From Elainellaceae cyanobacterium (GTDB lineage Bacteria; Cyanobacteriota; Cyanobacteriia; CAZCXK01), in assembly GCA_051117555.1 (NCBI GenBank), contig JBNPEG010000083.1:46172-62249 (forward strand): a DNA stretch of 16,078 bases, written 5' to 3'. The notes under the pieces were generated by a model. The model searched no databases and was not told where the DNA came from. It worked only from the letters and a program-made list of their open reading frames with translations. Positions 1-8,289 of the stretch are shown piece after piece. The position numbers and the translations under genes are program-made. Position 1 is the stretch's first letter, and each line of letters starts with the position of its first letter.

Positions 1-352
1 GCTATACGAACTATGTCTGCCGTCACAGACAATTTCTCAACCCGCGCAGGCGGGTTTCGTTCGTGTGCAATTTCAATTGCCGATTGAATGATTTGTCGTA
101 AAGGTTGTCTCTATGCCGTCCGATTAAAATCGGCGGCTACACGGACTATGTCTACCGTCGCGGACATTCTTCCCAACCCGCGCAGGCGGGTTTTGCTTGT
201 GTAGGTGCAATTTCAATTGCCGATTGAATGATTTGTCGTAAAGGTCTCTATGCCGTCCGATTAAAATCGGCGGCTATACTAACTATGTCTGCCGTCACAG
301 ACAATTTCTCAACCTGCGCAGGCGGGTTTCGTTCGTGTGCAATTTCAATTGC
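1..352. repeat. Tandem array of ~135-137 bp palindrome-rich (REP-like) units, about 2.6 copies visible, running off the left edge
   Basis: GCTAYAC..ACTATGTCT recurs at 1, 136 and 273. Units contain hairpins such as AACCCGC-GCAG-GCGGGTT, GCAATT-TC-AATTGC and CCGATT-AA-AATCGG. Confidence 0.9.
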
Positions 353-384
353 AGCAAACCCAAAAAGAATTTTTATATTTACAA

Positions 385-416
385 AGATCCCCGGTTTTTG
401 CAAAAACCGGGGATCT
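385..416. repeat. Perfect 32-bp palindrome; possible 3' end/terminator of the minus-strand TR transcript
   Basis: AGATCCCCGGTTTTTG|CAAAAACCGGGGATCT is self-complementary. The terminator role is inference. Confidence 0.75.
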
Positions 417-449
417 AAGCTTTGGATGGAATATAAGGAATATTTTGAT

Positions 450-730
450 AGAGCCAGACAACTCTTCAGCGAACTTACCAAGATATCTGGCTCTGGGTTA
501 TTTTCGGAAGGCGTTATCACCCTCACAGGAACAGGTCTGGACTCCCAGTTGTACGCCCGATAAAATCCCTTTTACCAGTTCTGACTGTTGGGAGTGCTTA
601 CGCAGACACGCACACCACCCGAAAACCAACATTGTTGTTGATGTTGTCGGGGGAGTTCCTGTTCCGATTCGCCGAACGACAGTTAATCGGATTGTTGTAC
701 CAGGAACCGCCGCGTTTTAATGCCTGCCCC
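450..730 (-). ncRNA. Putative DGR template RNA (short leader + TR + structured 3' spacer)
   Basis: Contains TR and complementary segments 723-730/528-535, 589-595/541-547, 507-524 and 450-458/486-494. No convincing ORF. Confidence 0.65.
597..715 (-). repeat. DGR template repeat (TR)
   Basis: 119-nt ungapped match to 941-1059; 14 of 15 mismatches are at minus-strand adenines of this copy. Conceptual translation RGGSWYNNPINCRSANRNRNSPDNINNNVGFRVVCVSA*, with 10 AAY codons. Confidence 0.96.
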
Positions 731-736
731 GAATGA

Positions 737-745
737 ACAATATCA
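737..745 (-). promoter_or_regulatory. Candidate extended -10 promoter for the TR RNA
   Basis: Minus strand TG-A-TATTGT (TGnTAnnnT), 6 nt upstream of the GGGGCAGG leader. No clear -35. Confidence 0.4.
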
Positions 746-856
746 CGCAATGATAGGTCATTCTGTTATTTTTTGTTGATTCGGTATGGCATGCCACATT
801 CCTACAGAGATGATGTAGCAGTCAGAAAATGGGTAAGTCTTGATCAAGAAATTTTT

Positions 857-940
857 TTGCGCGCAAAGCGCGCAAGGGAAAGAGAGCTAAAAGCGGAAGC
901 GCTGAGGGCTAAAGGGCTAAAGAGCAAAGAAAAAGGAATC
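857..940 (-). promoter_or_regulatory. DGR target cis-elements: IMH region, pyrimidine-rich tract and GC hairpin
   Basis: After the VR stop codon come GATTCC, then CTTTGCTCTTTAGCCCTTTAGCCCT, then the hairpin TTGCGCGC-TTT-GCGCGCAA (857-875). Confidence 0.7.
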
Positions 941-1059
941 CTTACGCAGACACGCACACCACCCGAAAACCAACATCGGTGAAGACGTCGCCGGGGGAGC
1001 TCCCGGACCGATTCGCCGAACGACAGAAAGTCGGATTGTTGAACCAGGAACCGCCGCGT
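941..1059 (-). repeat. DGR variable repeat (VR), 3' end of the target gene
   Basis: Encodes RGGSWFNNPTFCRSANRSGSSPGDVFTDVGFRVVCVSA*; an adenine-mutated copy of 597-715. Confidence 0.96.
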
Positions 1060-2273
1060 AGAATCCGTATATCGCTGTCTCCGCCTATGTTCCAGGCACT
1101 TCCATCCGTGGGTGCATCTTGATAATTTTCATGCCAATAATCAAGACACCATTCCAAAACAGTCCCATGCATATCAAACAGCCCAAACGCATTGGCAGAG
1201 AAACTACCGACGGGTGTTGGTTTCTCTCGATATTCTCCTTTAGGAGCTGAGCCATAGATATAGTTGCCGTTATAGTTTGCCAGGTCAGTCGTGATTGTTT
1301 CGCCAAAATGAAACGGCGTTTGAGTTCCGGCACGACAGGCATATTCCCATTCGGCTTCGCTCGGCAAACGATACTCAGTTTTAGTTTGTTGAGACAGGCG
1401 CTCACAAAAGGCAATCGCATCATGCCAACTCACGCCAACGACGGGCTTATCAGGCACAACAAAGCGGTCATTATCATATTGCGTCGCAGGATTAGTTCCC
1501 ATCACCGCTTCATACTGCGCCTGCGTGACAGGAAACTTGCCCATGGAAAATGGCGAGACATTGACCCGATGTCGAGGTAGTTCTCTTGCAAAATACGTCT
1601 GATACTTTTCTTCTCCAACTTGGCGAATCAATTCTTGCGTTTCTGCACTCGTCTGTCCTATCCAACATGTTCCAGATGGAATCTGCACCATCTCTAGCGT
1701 GACACCATTGCCCAAGTTTTCGGCAAAATATTGAGCCTGTTGGCGCTGACGCTGGATTTCTTTACCCTGTGCATTCACCTTTGCCACTTCAAAAGAAAAT
1801 GACTTTAGCGCAGATGATGAAGACGGAGTGGCAGAGACGCTAGGTGATGATGATTGCGTTGGTTTGCGTCCTGTAATACCCCAAATTAGCTGCGTCATTG
1901 GTTCAGGATGTGGTTCTCGAAAGTCTACCCAGTGAAACCCTTCCAGAAAAATTGGCAGAGTTGGCTTTACTGGAGCAGATGGTAAAAGAACGGGAATGAC
2001 AGGCAAGTCCTGCTTAACGAATGCGCGAATATAAGCACGCATCTCTCGCTTTTGCCAGGGGCCTAAGCCCGCTTCGCCTACAAACACTGCGACGCAGTTG
2101 ATTTGTCTTATCTGTTCTTCTAAAATCTCTTGCCAATCAACACCGGGTCGAAGTTCCCACACGTCAAGCCAGGGTTTGAGCTGATGGTGCCGAAGCTGTT
2201 CGGCAATTTCGATGACAGCAGGCTTATCTTCGCTGTTGTGACACAGGAAAACATCAAATTGCCGCTCGGTCAT
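942..2273 (-). CDS. TIR-domain + FGE-sulfatase (SUMF1/CLec-fold) protein; DGR target
   Basis: N-terminal FDVFLCHNSEDK...WLD.WEL.PG..WQ...WQKREM (TIR_2-like), Ser/Pro linker, C-terminal PVTQAQY, PVVGVSWHDA, YRLPSEAEWEYACRAG, NAFGLFDMHG, RGGSW, GFRVV. Confidence 0.93.
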   Translation of the reverse strand: MTERQFDVFLCHNSEDKPAVIEIAEQLRHHQLKPWLDVWELRPGVDWQEILEEQIRQINCVAVFVGEAGLGPWQKREMRAYIRAFVKQDLPVIPVLLPSAPVKPTLPIFLEGFHWVDFREPHPEPMTQLIWGITGRKPTQSSSPSVSATPSSSSALKSFSFEVAKVNAQGKEIQRQRQQAQYFAENLGNGVTLEMVQIPSGTCWIGQTSAETQELIRQVGEEKYQTYFARELPRHRVNVSPFSMGKFPVTQAQYEAVMGTNPATQYDNDRFVVPDKPVVGVSWHDAIAFCERLSQQTKTEYRLPSEAEWEYACRAGTQTPFHFGETITTDLANYNGNYIYGSAPKGEYREKPTPVGSFSANAFGLFDMHGTVLEWCLDYWHENYQDAPTDGSAWNIGGDSDIRILRGGSWFNNPTFCRSANRSGSSPGDVFTDVGFRVVCVSA

Positions 2274-2401
2274 TTACCAGATTCTCCGTTAACGCTTGCT
2301 CAAGCGTGGCTCTACTTTAATACTCTACGCAATTTTTCTCTTGAAATCCGTTACAGACCATAAAACAAAGGAGCGATCGCCCAATTTTGTGCCATATGAA
2401 T

Positions 2402-2467
2402 TCAGTCGAAATAGAGAACATCCGCTTCATCGTCATAGTCAATCCAAATTGTGTTAGACGGAGCCAT
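2402..2467 (-). pseudogene. Truncated DUF2283-like gene remnant
   Basis: Minus strand reads MAPSNTIWIDYDDEADVLYFD*. IDYD.EADVLY resembles the DUF2283 motif, recognised from memory. Confidence 0.55.
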
Positions 2468-2785
2468 CAATTAATACAGCGATATTGAATGGCGTTGCGA
2501 AATTGATAGCCGACAATCATTCATTAACTGAGCAACGCCTATCGAATGGCGATCGCTCTCGGATTGCAACCATCCTGCATCAGGAAGCGATTGTCATTTT
2601 ATTTTGAGTTTAGTCAGCTAGCGTTCCCTCTGTTACGATAAAGATCGCCACGTCATTCCAGTCTGCTGTTGGCGCATTGGAGCTTGATTGTTCGAGTCAT
2701 CCAACTCAACCTTAAACTTACTGCTCTTAGGCTGGTCCCAGTATTTCATTTGGGAAAAGGGCACCACTATGAGCAATAATCCTTC

Positions 2786-4087
2786 ATGACATTTGATACC
2801 CTCGGTCTTTCGACCGATTTGCTTCGTGCGGTTGCCGATGAGGGCTACACCACACCAACACCCATTCAGCAACAAGCTATTCCTGCAATTTTAGACGGCC
2901 ACGATATCTTCGCGAGTGCGCAAACGGGCACAGGCAAAACGGCTGGATTTACGCTGCCGCTGCTGCAACGCCTTAGTTCTGCTCACGGCACGGGGCATCG
3001 TGCTCCGCGCGCGCTCATCTTGACTCCGACTCGCGAACTGGCAGCCCAGGTCAGTGACAGCGTCAAAACCTACGGCAAATATTTGTCTCTCAAGTCGGCA
3101 GTGATCTACGGCGGCGTCGGCATGAATCCGCAAGTTCAAGCGCTGCGACGCGGAGTTGATATTGTGGTCGCCACACCAGGTCGATTGTTGGATCATGTCG
3201 GGCAAAAGACCCTCGACCTTTCGCATATTGAGATTTTGGTGTTGGATGAGTGCGATCGCATGTTAGACATGGGCTTCATCCGCGACATCCGCAAAATTTT
3301 GGCCTATATGCCCGCTGCTCGGCAAACGCTGATGTTTTCTGCTACTTTTTCTAAAGCAATTCAGCAGCTTGCTGGCACGATTCTCACGGCTCCAACCCAG
3401 ATTGAAGTCGCACCCCGCAATACCGCTGCTGAGCAAGTCGAGCAAGTGGTTCATCCGGTGGATAGCAATCGCAAACGAGCGCTGCTGTCTTACATGATCG
3501 GCTTCCACAATTGGAAACAGGTGCTAGTGTTCACGCGCACTAAGCACGGTGCGAATCGTCTAGCCGAACAACTCGCTAAAGATGGGCTGAAAACTACCAC
3601 AATTCACGGCAATAAAAGTCAGGCAGCCCGCACCCGTGCCCTCAAAGACTTTAAGCAAGGAAAGGTTCGTGTCTTAGTTGCAACCGACGTCGCATCGCGG
3701 GGTTTAGACATTGACCAACTGCCTCATGTGGTAAATTTTGATCTGCCTAATGTTCCGGAAGACTATGTGCATCGTATCGGTCGCACGGGGCGTGCAGGCA
3801 ACGAAGGGCGTGCTGTCTCTCTCGTGTCAACGGATGAATATCCGCTGCTAAAAAGCATCGAGGCGTTGCTCAACCGAACGCTGACCCGAGATGTAATTCC
3901 AGGCTATGAACCCACGTCTTCATTTCAGTCTGAGGCTGATTCATCTAATTCTCAGCGTTCTAAAAAGCGTCGCGGTTCTAAATCAACGCCTCGCCCTCAA
4001 ACTGCCTCTCCGCGCCGCAAGAAATCTGCCGCCGACGGAAATCGCAAACACAAACGGTTCGCAAATCAGACACAGCGAGGGCTTTAA
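2786..4087 (+). CDS. rhlE: DEAD-box RNA helicase, RhlE/CrhC-like
   Basis: Q motif [50 protein letters not shown]; basic C-terminal tail. Confidence 0.92.
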   Translation: MTFDTLGLSTDLLRAVADEGYTTPTPIQQQAIPAILDGHDIFASAQTGTGKTAGFTLPLLQRLSSAHGTGHRAPRALILTPTRELAAQVSDSVKTYGKYLSLKSAVIYGGVGMNPQVQALRRGVDIVVATPGRLLDHVGQKTLDLSHIEILVLDECDRMLDMGFIRDIRKILAYMPAARQTLMFSATFSKAIQQLAGTILTAPTQIEVAPRNTAAEQVEQVVHPVDSNRKRALLSYMIGFHNWKQVLVFTRTKHGANRLAEQLAKDGLKTTTIHGNKSQAARTRALKDFKQGKVRVLVATDVASRGLDIDQLPHVVNFDLPNVPEDYVHRIGRTGRAGNEGRAVSLVSTDEYPLLKSIEALLNRTLTRDVIPGYEPTSSFQSEADSSNSQRSKKRRGSKSTPRPQTASPRRKKSAADGNRKHKRFANQTQRGL

Positions 4088-4089
4088 TC

Positions 4090-4317
4090 ATGTGGCGGGT
4101 GATCATTCAATGCTCGGCTGAGAGTTGGCGCAATCATGCCAAAACGTTTAACTCGATTGCTGAAAACTGTGCAGCACTACCCATTTCGTCTAAAAAGATG
4201 AAAGACGACGAGCGTCGGCTGATGGAATATCAGGTTGATTCGGTCAATGAGGCTGAAGAATTTGTGGAAGAATGCCTCACGCTGGAGGGGTTCACGGCCA
4301 CCTTTGAAGCCCTATAA
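4090..4317 (+). CDS. Small hypothetical protein (75 aa)
   Basis: ATG lies 2 nt after the helicase stop; the ORF fills the gap to convergent ruvC; protein-like composition. Confidence 0.6.
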   Translation: MWRVIIQCSAESWRNHAKTFNSIAENCAALPISSKKMKDDERRLMEYQVDSVNEAEEFVEECLTLEGFTATFEAL

Positions 4318-4329
4318 GACGAGGTAGAA

Positions 4330-4818
4330 TCATAGCTGAAACCAGGCTGCAAGGGCGATCGCCAGCGCATCTGCTGCGTCATCCGGGCGGGGAATCGCCT
4401 CTAGGTTTAGCTCCCGAGCTACGGCTTCTTGTACGGCATATTTATCAGCATTGCCGTAGCCGGTCAGGGCTTGTTTGACCTGAGCGGGGGTAAACTCCAC
4501 AAACGACAGGTTGTGCTGGGCTAACACGAGCAAAATCACCCCTCGCGCTTGAGCCACCTGGATTGTATTTCCCATGCGGTAGAAGAAGAGTTTCTCGATG
4601 GCAACCAAATCAGGCTGACAGTGCTCAAGCACCTGATTTAAGTCTTCATAGATGGTGCAGAGTCGTTTTCCCGTCTCAGTATGAGCGGGGGTTTGAATCA
4701 CACCAAAATCAAGCGGTGAGACAGTCGGAGGAGCTTTTATATCAGCACAGCACTGAATTGCTCCGAAGCCCACAATTGCAAGACCGGGATCTAACCCGAG
4801 AATGCGCGTTTTCACCAT
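4330..4818 (-). CDS. ruvC: Holliday junction resolvase RuvC
   Basis: [41 protein letters not shown] motifs. Confidence 0.96.
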   Translation of the reverse strand: MVKTRILGLDPGLAIVGFGAIQCCADIKAPPTVSPLDFGVIQTPAHTETGKRLCTIYEDLNQVLEHCQPDLVAIEKLFFYRMGNTIQVAQARGVILLVLAQHNLSFVEFTPAQVKQALTGYGNADKYAVQEAVARELNLEAIPRPDDAADALAIALAAWFQL

Positions 4819-4890
4819 TTTGAACGGTTTCGTTGAAGGCTGAGTCTTGAGTGTACACGAGGGAGTATGAGATCGGTCTGCATCAGACTC

Positions 4891-4932
4891 TATATAACAG
4901 TGCGTATATAACAGTGCGTATGTAACAGTGAG
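4891..4932. repeat. 14-bp tandem repeat x3
   Basis: TATATAACAGTGCG TATATAACAGTGCG TATGTAACAGTGAG in the divergent intergenic region. Confidence 0.85.
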
Positions 4933-5052
4933 TCGATTGCGACAGTCTTGACGAAACGCTTCCGACTAAGATAAAAATTTGAGCCAGATTAAAGATCAAA
5001 GTTAATGATCTAGAAGATAGCGCTGTGCAATGGGTTTTTCGGGAGGTTATGC

Positions 5053-6294
5053 ATGTCTGTTATTTCACTTTTGACCGTCGATGGCGATCGCCTCAATCAC
5101 AATCTTGATACCTTGGCAGAAATTGGAAAATTACCGAGAGGAGGCGTTCGGCGCATTTCCTTTAGCCCTGAAGACCAGTTAGCTCGGCACCTCGTTGCCA
5201 ACTGGATGCGCGAAGCAGGCATGTCAGTGCGCACTGATGCCGCAGGCAACATCATCGGCACCTATCCAGGCAAAGCCGCTCTCCCCGCCTTTGCCACCGG
5301 ATCTCATATTGACACCGTTCCCTCAGCCGGACGCTACGACGGCACACTTGGAGTGTTGGCAGGCATCGAAGTCGTGAGAACCCTCAACGAAAATAACATC
5401 ACGCTGAATCATCCTATTGAAGTGATTGTCTTCACTGACGAAGAAGGCAGCATGATTGGCAGTAAAGCCATGACAGGCAGCATGAAACCCGATCCAGACG
5501 CCTATCATCGCAAAGACGGCACCTCGATTCAAACGTGTCTAGAAGTCATTGAGGGCGATTGGGAGACTCTCCACACAGCTCAGCGCACGAGTGATGAAAT
5601 TGCCGCATTTATTGAACTCCACGTCGAGCAGGGGGGAGTTTTAGAAGCAACCGGAACTCAAATCGGGGTCGTCGAAGGGATTGTCAGCCTCAATCGATTC
5701 ACCATCACGGTATTAGGTCGCCCTAATCACGCAGGTACGACGCCCATGCATGCGCGCCAAGATGCACTGGTGGCTGCGTCTCACATTGTGCTCGCAGTCG
5801 AAGATTTGGCGAAGAACTCCCCTGGCGATCAGGTTGCCACAGTCGGCATGCTCAACGTGTTGCCGAATGCGGCCAACATTGTGCCGGGGCAGGTCGATCT
5901 AAGCCTCGATATTCGTGATTTGTCGCAAGAGCACGCGGATAGCCTCGTCGCTCAACTCAAGCAACGCTTAAAGCAGATTGCTGAACAAACGGGCACCACT
6001 ATTACTGTTGAGCAACTACTGCGGGTAGAACCAACCTTGGCAAAACCCCGCATCCAAAGGGCGATCGCTCAGATTGCCCAAGACTTTGGATTGAGCTACT
6101 GCATGCTGCCTAGTCGCGCCGGACACGATGCTCAAGAAATTGGGCGATTCACCGACATGGGAATGGTTTTTGTGCCTAGCATTGGCGGCATCAGCCATGC
6201 TGAAGATGAATACACCTCTCCAGAACAGTGCACCCAAGGGGCTAACATATTGCTAAACGCGTTTATGCGCTTAGATGACGAGTATACGTCTTAG
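5053..6294 (+). CDS. M20 family Zn-dependent hydrolase (allantoate/N-carbamoyl-amino acid amidohydrolase)
   Basis: GSHIDTV, GRYDGTLGV, DEEG, ELHVEQG, NHAGTTPM, AGHDAQ, GISH motifs; GGAGG ribosome-binding site. Confidence 0.92.
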   Translation: MSVISLLTVDGDRLNHNLDTLAEIGKLPRGGVRRISFSPEDQLARHLVANWMREAGMSVRTDAAGNIIGTYPGKAALPAFATGSHIDTVPSAGRYDGTLGVLAGIEVVRTLNENNITLNHPIEVIVFTDEEGSMIGSKAMTGSMKPDPDAYHRKDGTSIQTCLEVIEGDWETLHTAQRTSDEIAAFIELHVEQGGVLEATGTQIGVVEGIVSLNRFTITVLGRPNHAGTTPMHARQDALVAASHIVLAVEDLAKNSPGDQVATVGMLNVLPNAANIVPGQVDLSLDIRDLSQEHADSLVAQLKQRLKQIAEQTGTTITVEQLLRVEPTLAKPRIQRAIAQIAQDFGLSYCMLPSRAGHDAQEIGRFTDMGMVFVPSIGGISHAEDEYTSPEQCTQGANILLNAFMRLDDEYTS

Positions 6295-6330
6295 CGCAAT
6301 GCACATTAACCGCACTCTGGAGTGTTCATT

Positions 6331-6792
6331 ATGCGCTCAAAGTCTTCAATTCTCCAGCCCACGTTAGCGCCGGGTCAACTGCGCCGGGTTCATCACATCG
6401 CGTTGAATGTCAGCGATATGAACGCATCGCGTCACTTCTATGGCAACATTTTGGGGCTATATGAACTAACCGGCGAGGAGATTCCTGAAACCCTGAAAGA
6501 ATTAGTCGAAACGGGCAAAGTGGCTAACTTTGTTACCCCAGACGGCACGGTGCTTGATTTGTTTTATCGTCCGGAACTATCTCCCCCCGACCCCGACCCC
6601 GAAACGCCATTTACTCGCGCCGGGCATCTCGCATTTGATATTGATCCGGCTTTATTTGATCAGGCCGTTGAGGTGATTCGGCAGCATTCCATTCAGATTG
6701 ACCACGGGCCGGTGAGTCGCCCTACTGGTCGAGGCATTTATTTCTATGATCCAGACGGGTTTTTAGTCGAAATTCGCTGCGATCCGCAGTAG
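6331..6792 (+). CDS. VOC/glyoxalase family protein
   Basis: VHHIALNV, HLAFDI, IYFYDPDGFLVEI. ATG at 6331 is preferred because it follows GGAG. Confidence 0.88.
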   Translation: MRSKSSILQPTLAPGQLRRVHHIALNVSDMNASRHFYGNILGLYELTGEEIPETLKELVETGKVANFVTPDGTVLDLFYRPELSPPDPDPETPFTRAGHLAFDIDPALFDQAVEVIRQHSIQIDHGPVSRPTGRGIYFYDPDGFLVEIRCDPQ

Positions 6793-6819
6793 ATGCAGAG
6801 ATAGATTTTGCCCACATCA

Positions 6820-8118
6820 TTAAGCGGCATGAGGTTCTAACGAATCGTCGTGCCGCCCTAATAGCAGATAGGTCGTCATCAAGCCTTTGCCTTTGACATC
6901 GATCGTACCCCGCCTTTCGACCTGGTAGCGATCGCCCAATCGCTCATAGACCGCCGGAGTTACCTGGATGCAGCCCGCAATTCCCTGAGATTCCATGCGA
7001 CTTGCCACATTAACCGCATCTCCCCATAAATCGTAAATAAATTTCTTTCGACCAATCACGCCTGCGATGACGGGTCCGGTGTTGATGCCAATGCGGAGCT
7101 GGAGGGGTTGATTCTCCTGAGTCTTAAACTGGGCGACGATGTGCTGCATGTCTAGGGCGAGTTCAGCAACCGCTTCAACGTGGTCGTTCCGTTCGATGGG
7201 CAGTCCGCCCACCACCATATAAGCGTCCCCAATGGTCTTGATTTTCTCTAAGTTGTGACGTTCAACCAGTTGGTCGAAGGTAGAAAATACCCGATTGAGT
7301 AAGTCAACCACATCATGGGGCGGCACGCCTGCCGATAATCGAGTGAAACCAACAATATCAGCAAACAAGACCGTTGCTTCGGCAAAACTGTCGGCGATGA
7401 TGCGCTGCTCTTGTTTGAGTTTTTCGGCGATCGCTTCCGGCAAAATATTGAGTAGCAACCTTTCCGATTTTTCTTGTTCGGCTTCTAATCGGCATCGCGC
7501 TTCAAACTCAGACTTTTGAAGCTGCTCGTATAAATACACAGCCAAATTGCAGATCGCGCAAAACCAAAATACGTAGAGGGCTTGCCGACCGTTCCACAAG
7601 GTTCCATTGCGAGGAGATAGACCGAATACTGAATTAACGCCAAAATAGTAAATCAATACGCCCAGTTGAGACACTAAATGCAAGGGCCAACGGACTGGAA
7701 TCAATGTTGATTGGGTTAAAAACACCAGCGTCCAGGAAAAGAGCCCAGGAAACGCGATCTGCTGTAATGTTGCCCAAATCTGCTCAACTAGCGTGATCGA
7801 CCAAGACGCTCCTAAAAAAAGAACAGCCGGATGCTGCTGCCCAAATGATGTGTATTGGAGGAGTAGGCACAATACTAAGCCAAGCTCCGCTGTGATTGCC
7901 ATCACCAGCCAAGAGAAGTCCCACTCGGCAGTCATGATGCCATGAACCGCTCTAAGCAAAATAAATGTGAAATATGCAACGATCGCGATCGTCAGCCCGA
8001 GTCGGATGCGATTTAACATAAACCGCCGTCGCCATGACTGATACGCTCTATTCGAAGGGGACTGAACGACTCCCGAAGACGCTGCGTCTAGATAAGACGA
8101 TAATTCTGAATTTCCCAC
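6820..8118 (-). CDS. Membrane-bound class III adenylate cyclase
   Basis: About 6 hydrophobic segments, ERLLLNILP helix, VLFADIVGFT, EKIKTIGDAYM, YDLWGDAVNVASRMES (the K/D pair indicates ATP specificity). Confidence 0.92.
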   Translation of the reverse strand: MGNSELSSYLDAASSGVVQSPSNRAYQSWRRRFMLNRIRLGLTIAIVAYFTFILLRAVHGIMTAEWDFSWLVMAITAELGLVLCLLLQYTSFGQQHPAVLFLGASWSITLVEQIWATLQQIAFPGLFSWTLVFLTQSTLIPVRWPLHLVSQLGVLIYYFGVNSVFGLSPRNGTLWNGRQALYVFWFCAICNLAVYLYEQLQKSEFEARCRLEAEQEKSERLLLNILPEAIAEKLKQEQRIIADSFAEATVLFADIVGFTRLSAGVPPHDVVDLLNRVFSTFDQLVERHNLEKIKTIGDAYMVVGGLPIERNDHVEAVAELALDMQHIVAQFKTQENQPLQLRIGINTGPVIAGVIGRKKFIYDLWGDAVNVASRMESQGIAGCIQVTPAVYERLGDRYQVERRGTIDVKGKGLMTTYLLLGRHDDSLEPHAA

Positions 8119-8289
8119 AGGTGCCCCTGACTGAATACGTTGTAGAAAAATCTAAACTATGACCTGCTCCAAACGTGGCGCTTTTCCTGACGGAGAATCA
8201 CCGTTCTGAAAATGGACACAGCCTATCAGTATTCAGCGCTGTATGGCATTTAGTATAGCCTGGCCATGCATTCGACGACGACACCAGCG

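Noticed and set aside
1..352. Possible CRISPR array
   Set aside because: Whole ~136-bp units repeat; there are no unique spacers and no cas genes.
597..715. Simple duplication or pseudogene of the gene 3' end
   Set aside because: Mismatches are 14/15 adenine-specific and non-synonymous, unlike neutral decay.
337..720. 127-aa plus-strand ORF (also 228-563, 248-526 and 773-982)
   Set aside because: Antisense shadows of TR/VR, spacer and repeats; no resemblance to Avd or RT (no YxDD motif).
4330..4818. RuvC as a TnpB/Cas-type nuclease
   Set aside because: Size and motifs match the stand-alone housekeeping resolvase.
4845..4932. LexA/SOS box upstream of ruvC
   Set aside because: No adequate match to either the cyanobacterial or the E. 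coli consensus.
6820..8118. Cyclase as signalling partner of the TIR protein (Pycsar/CBASS-like)
   Set aside because: It lies 4.5 kb away among core genes, is membrane-bound with an ordinary ATP-specific signature, and shows no operon link.
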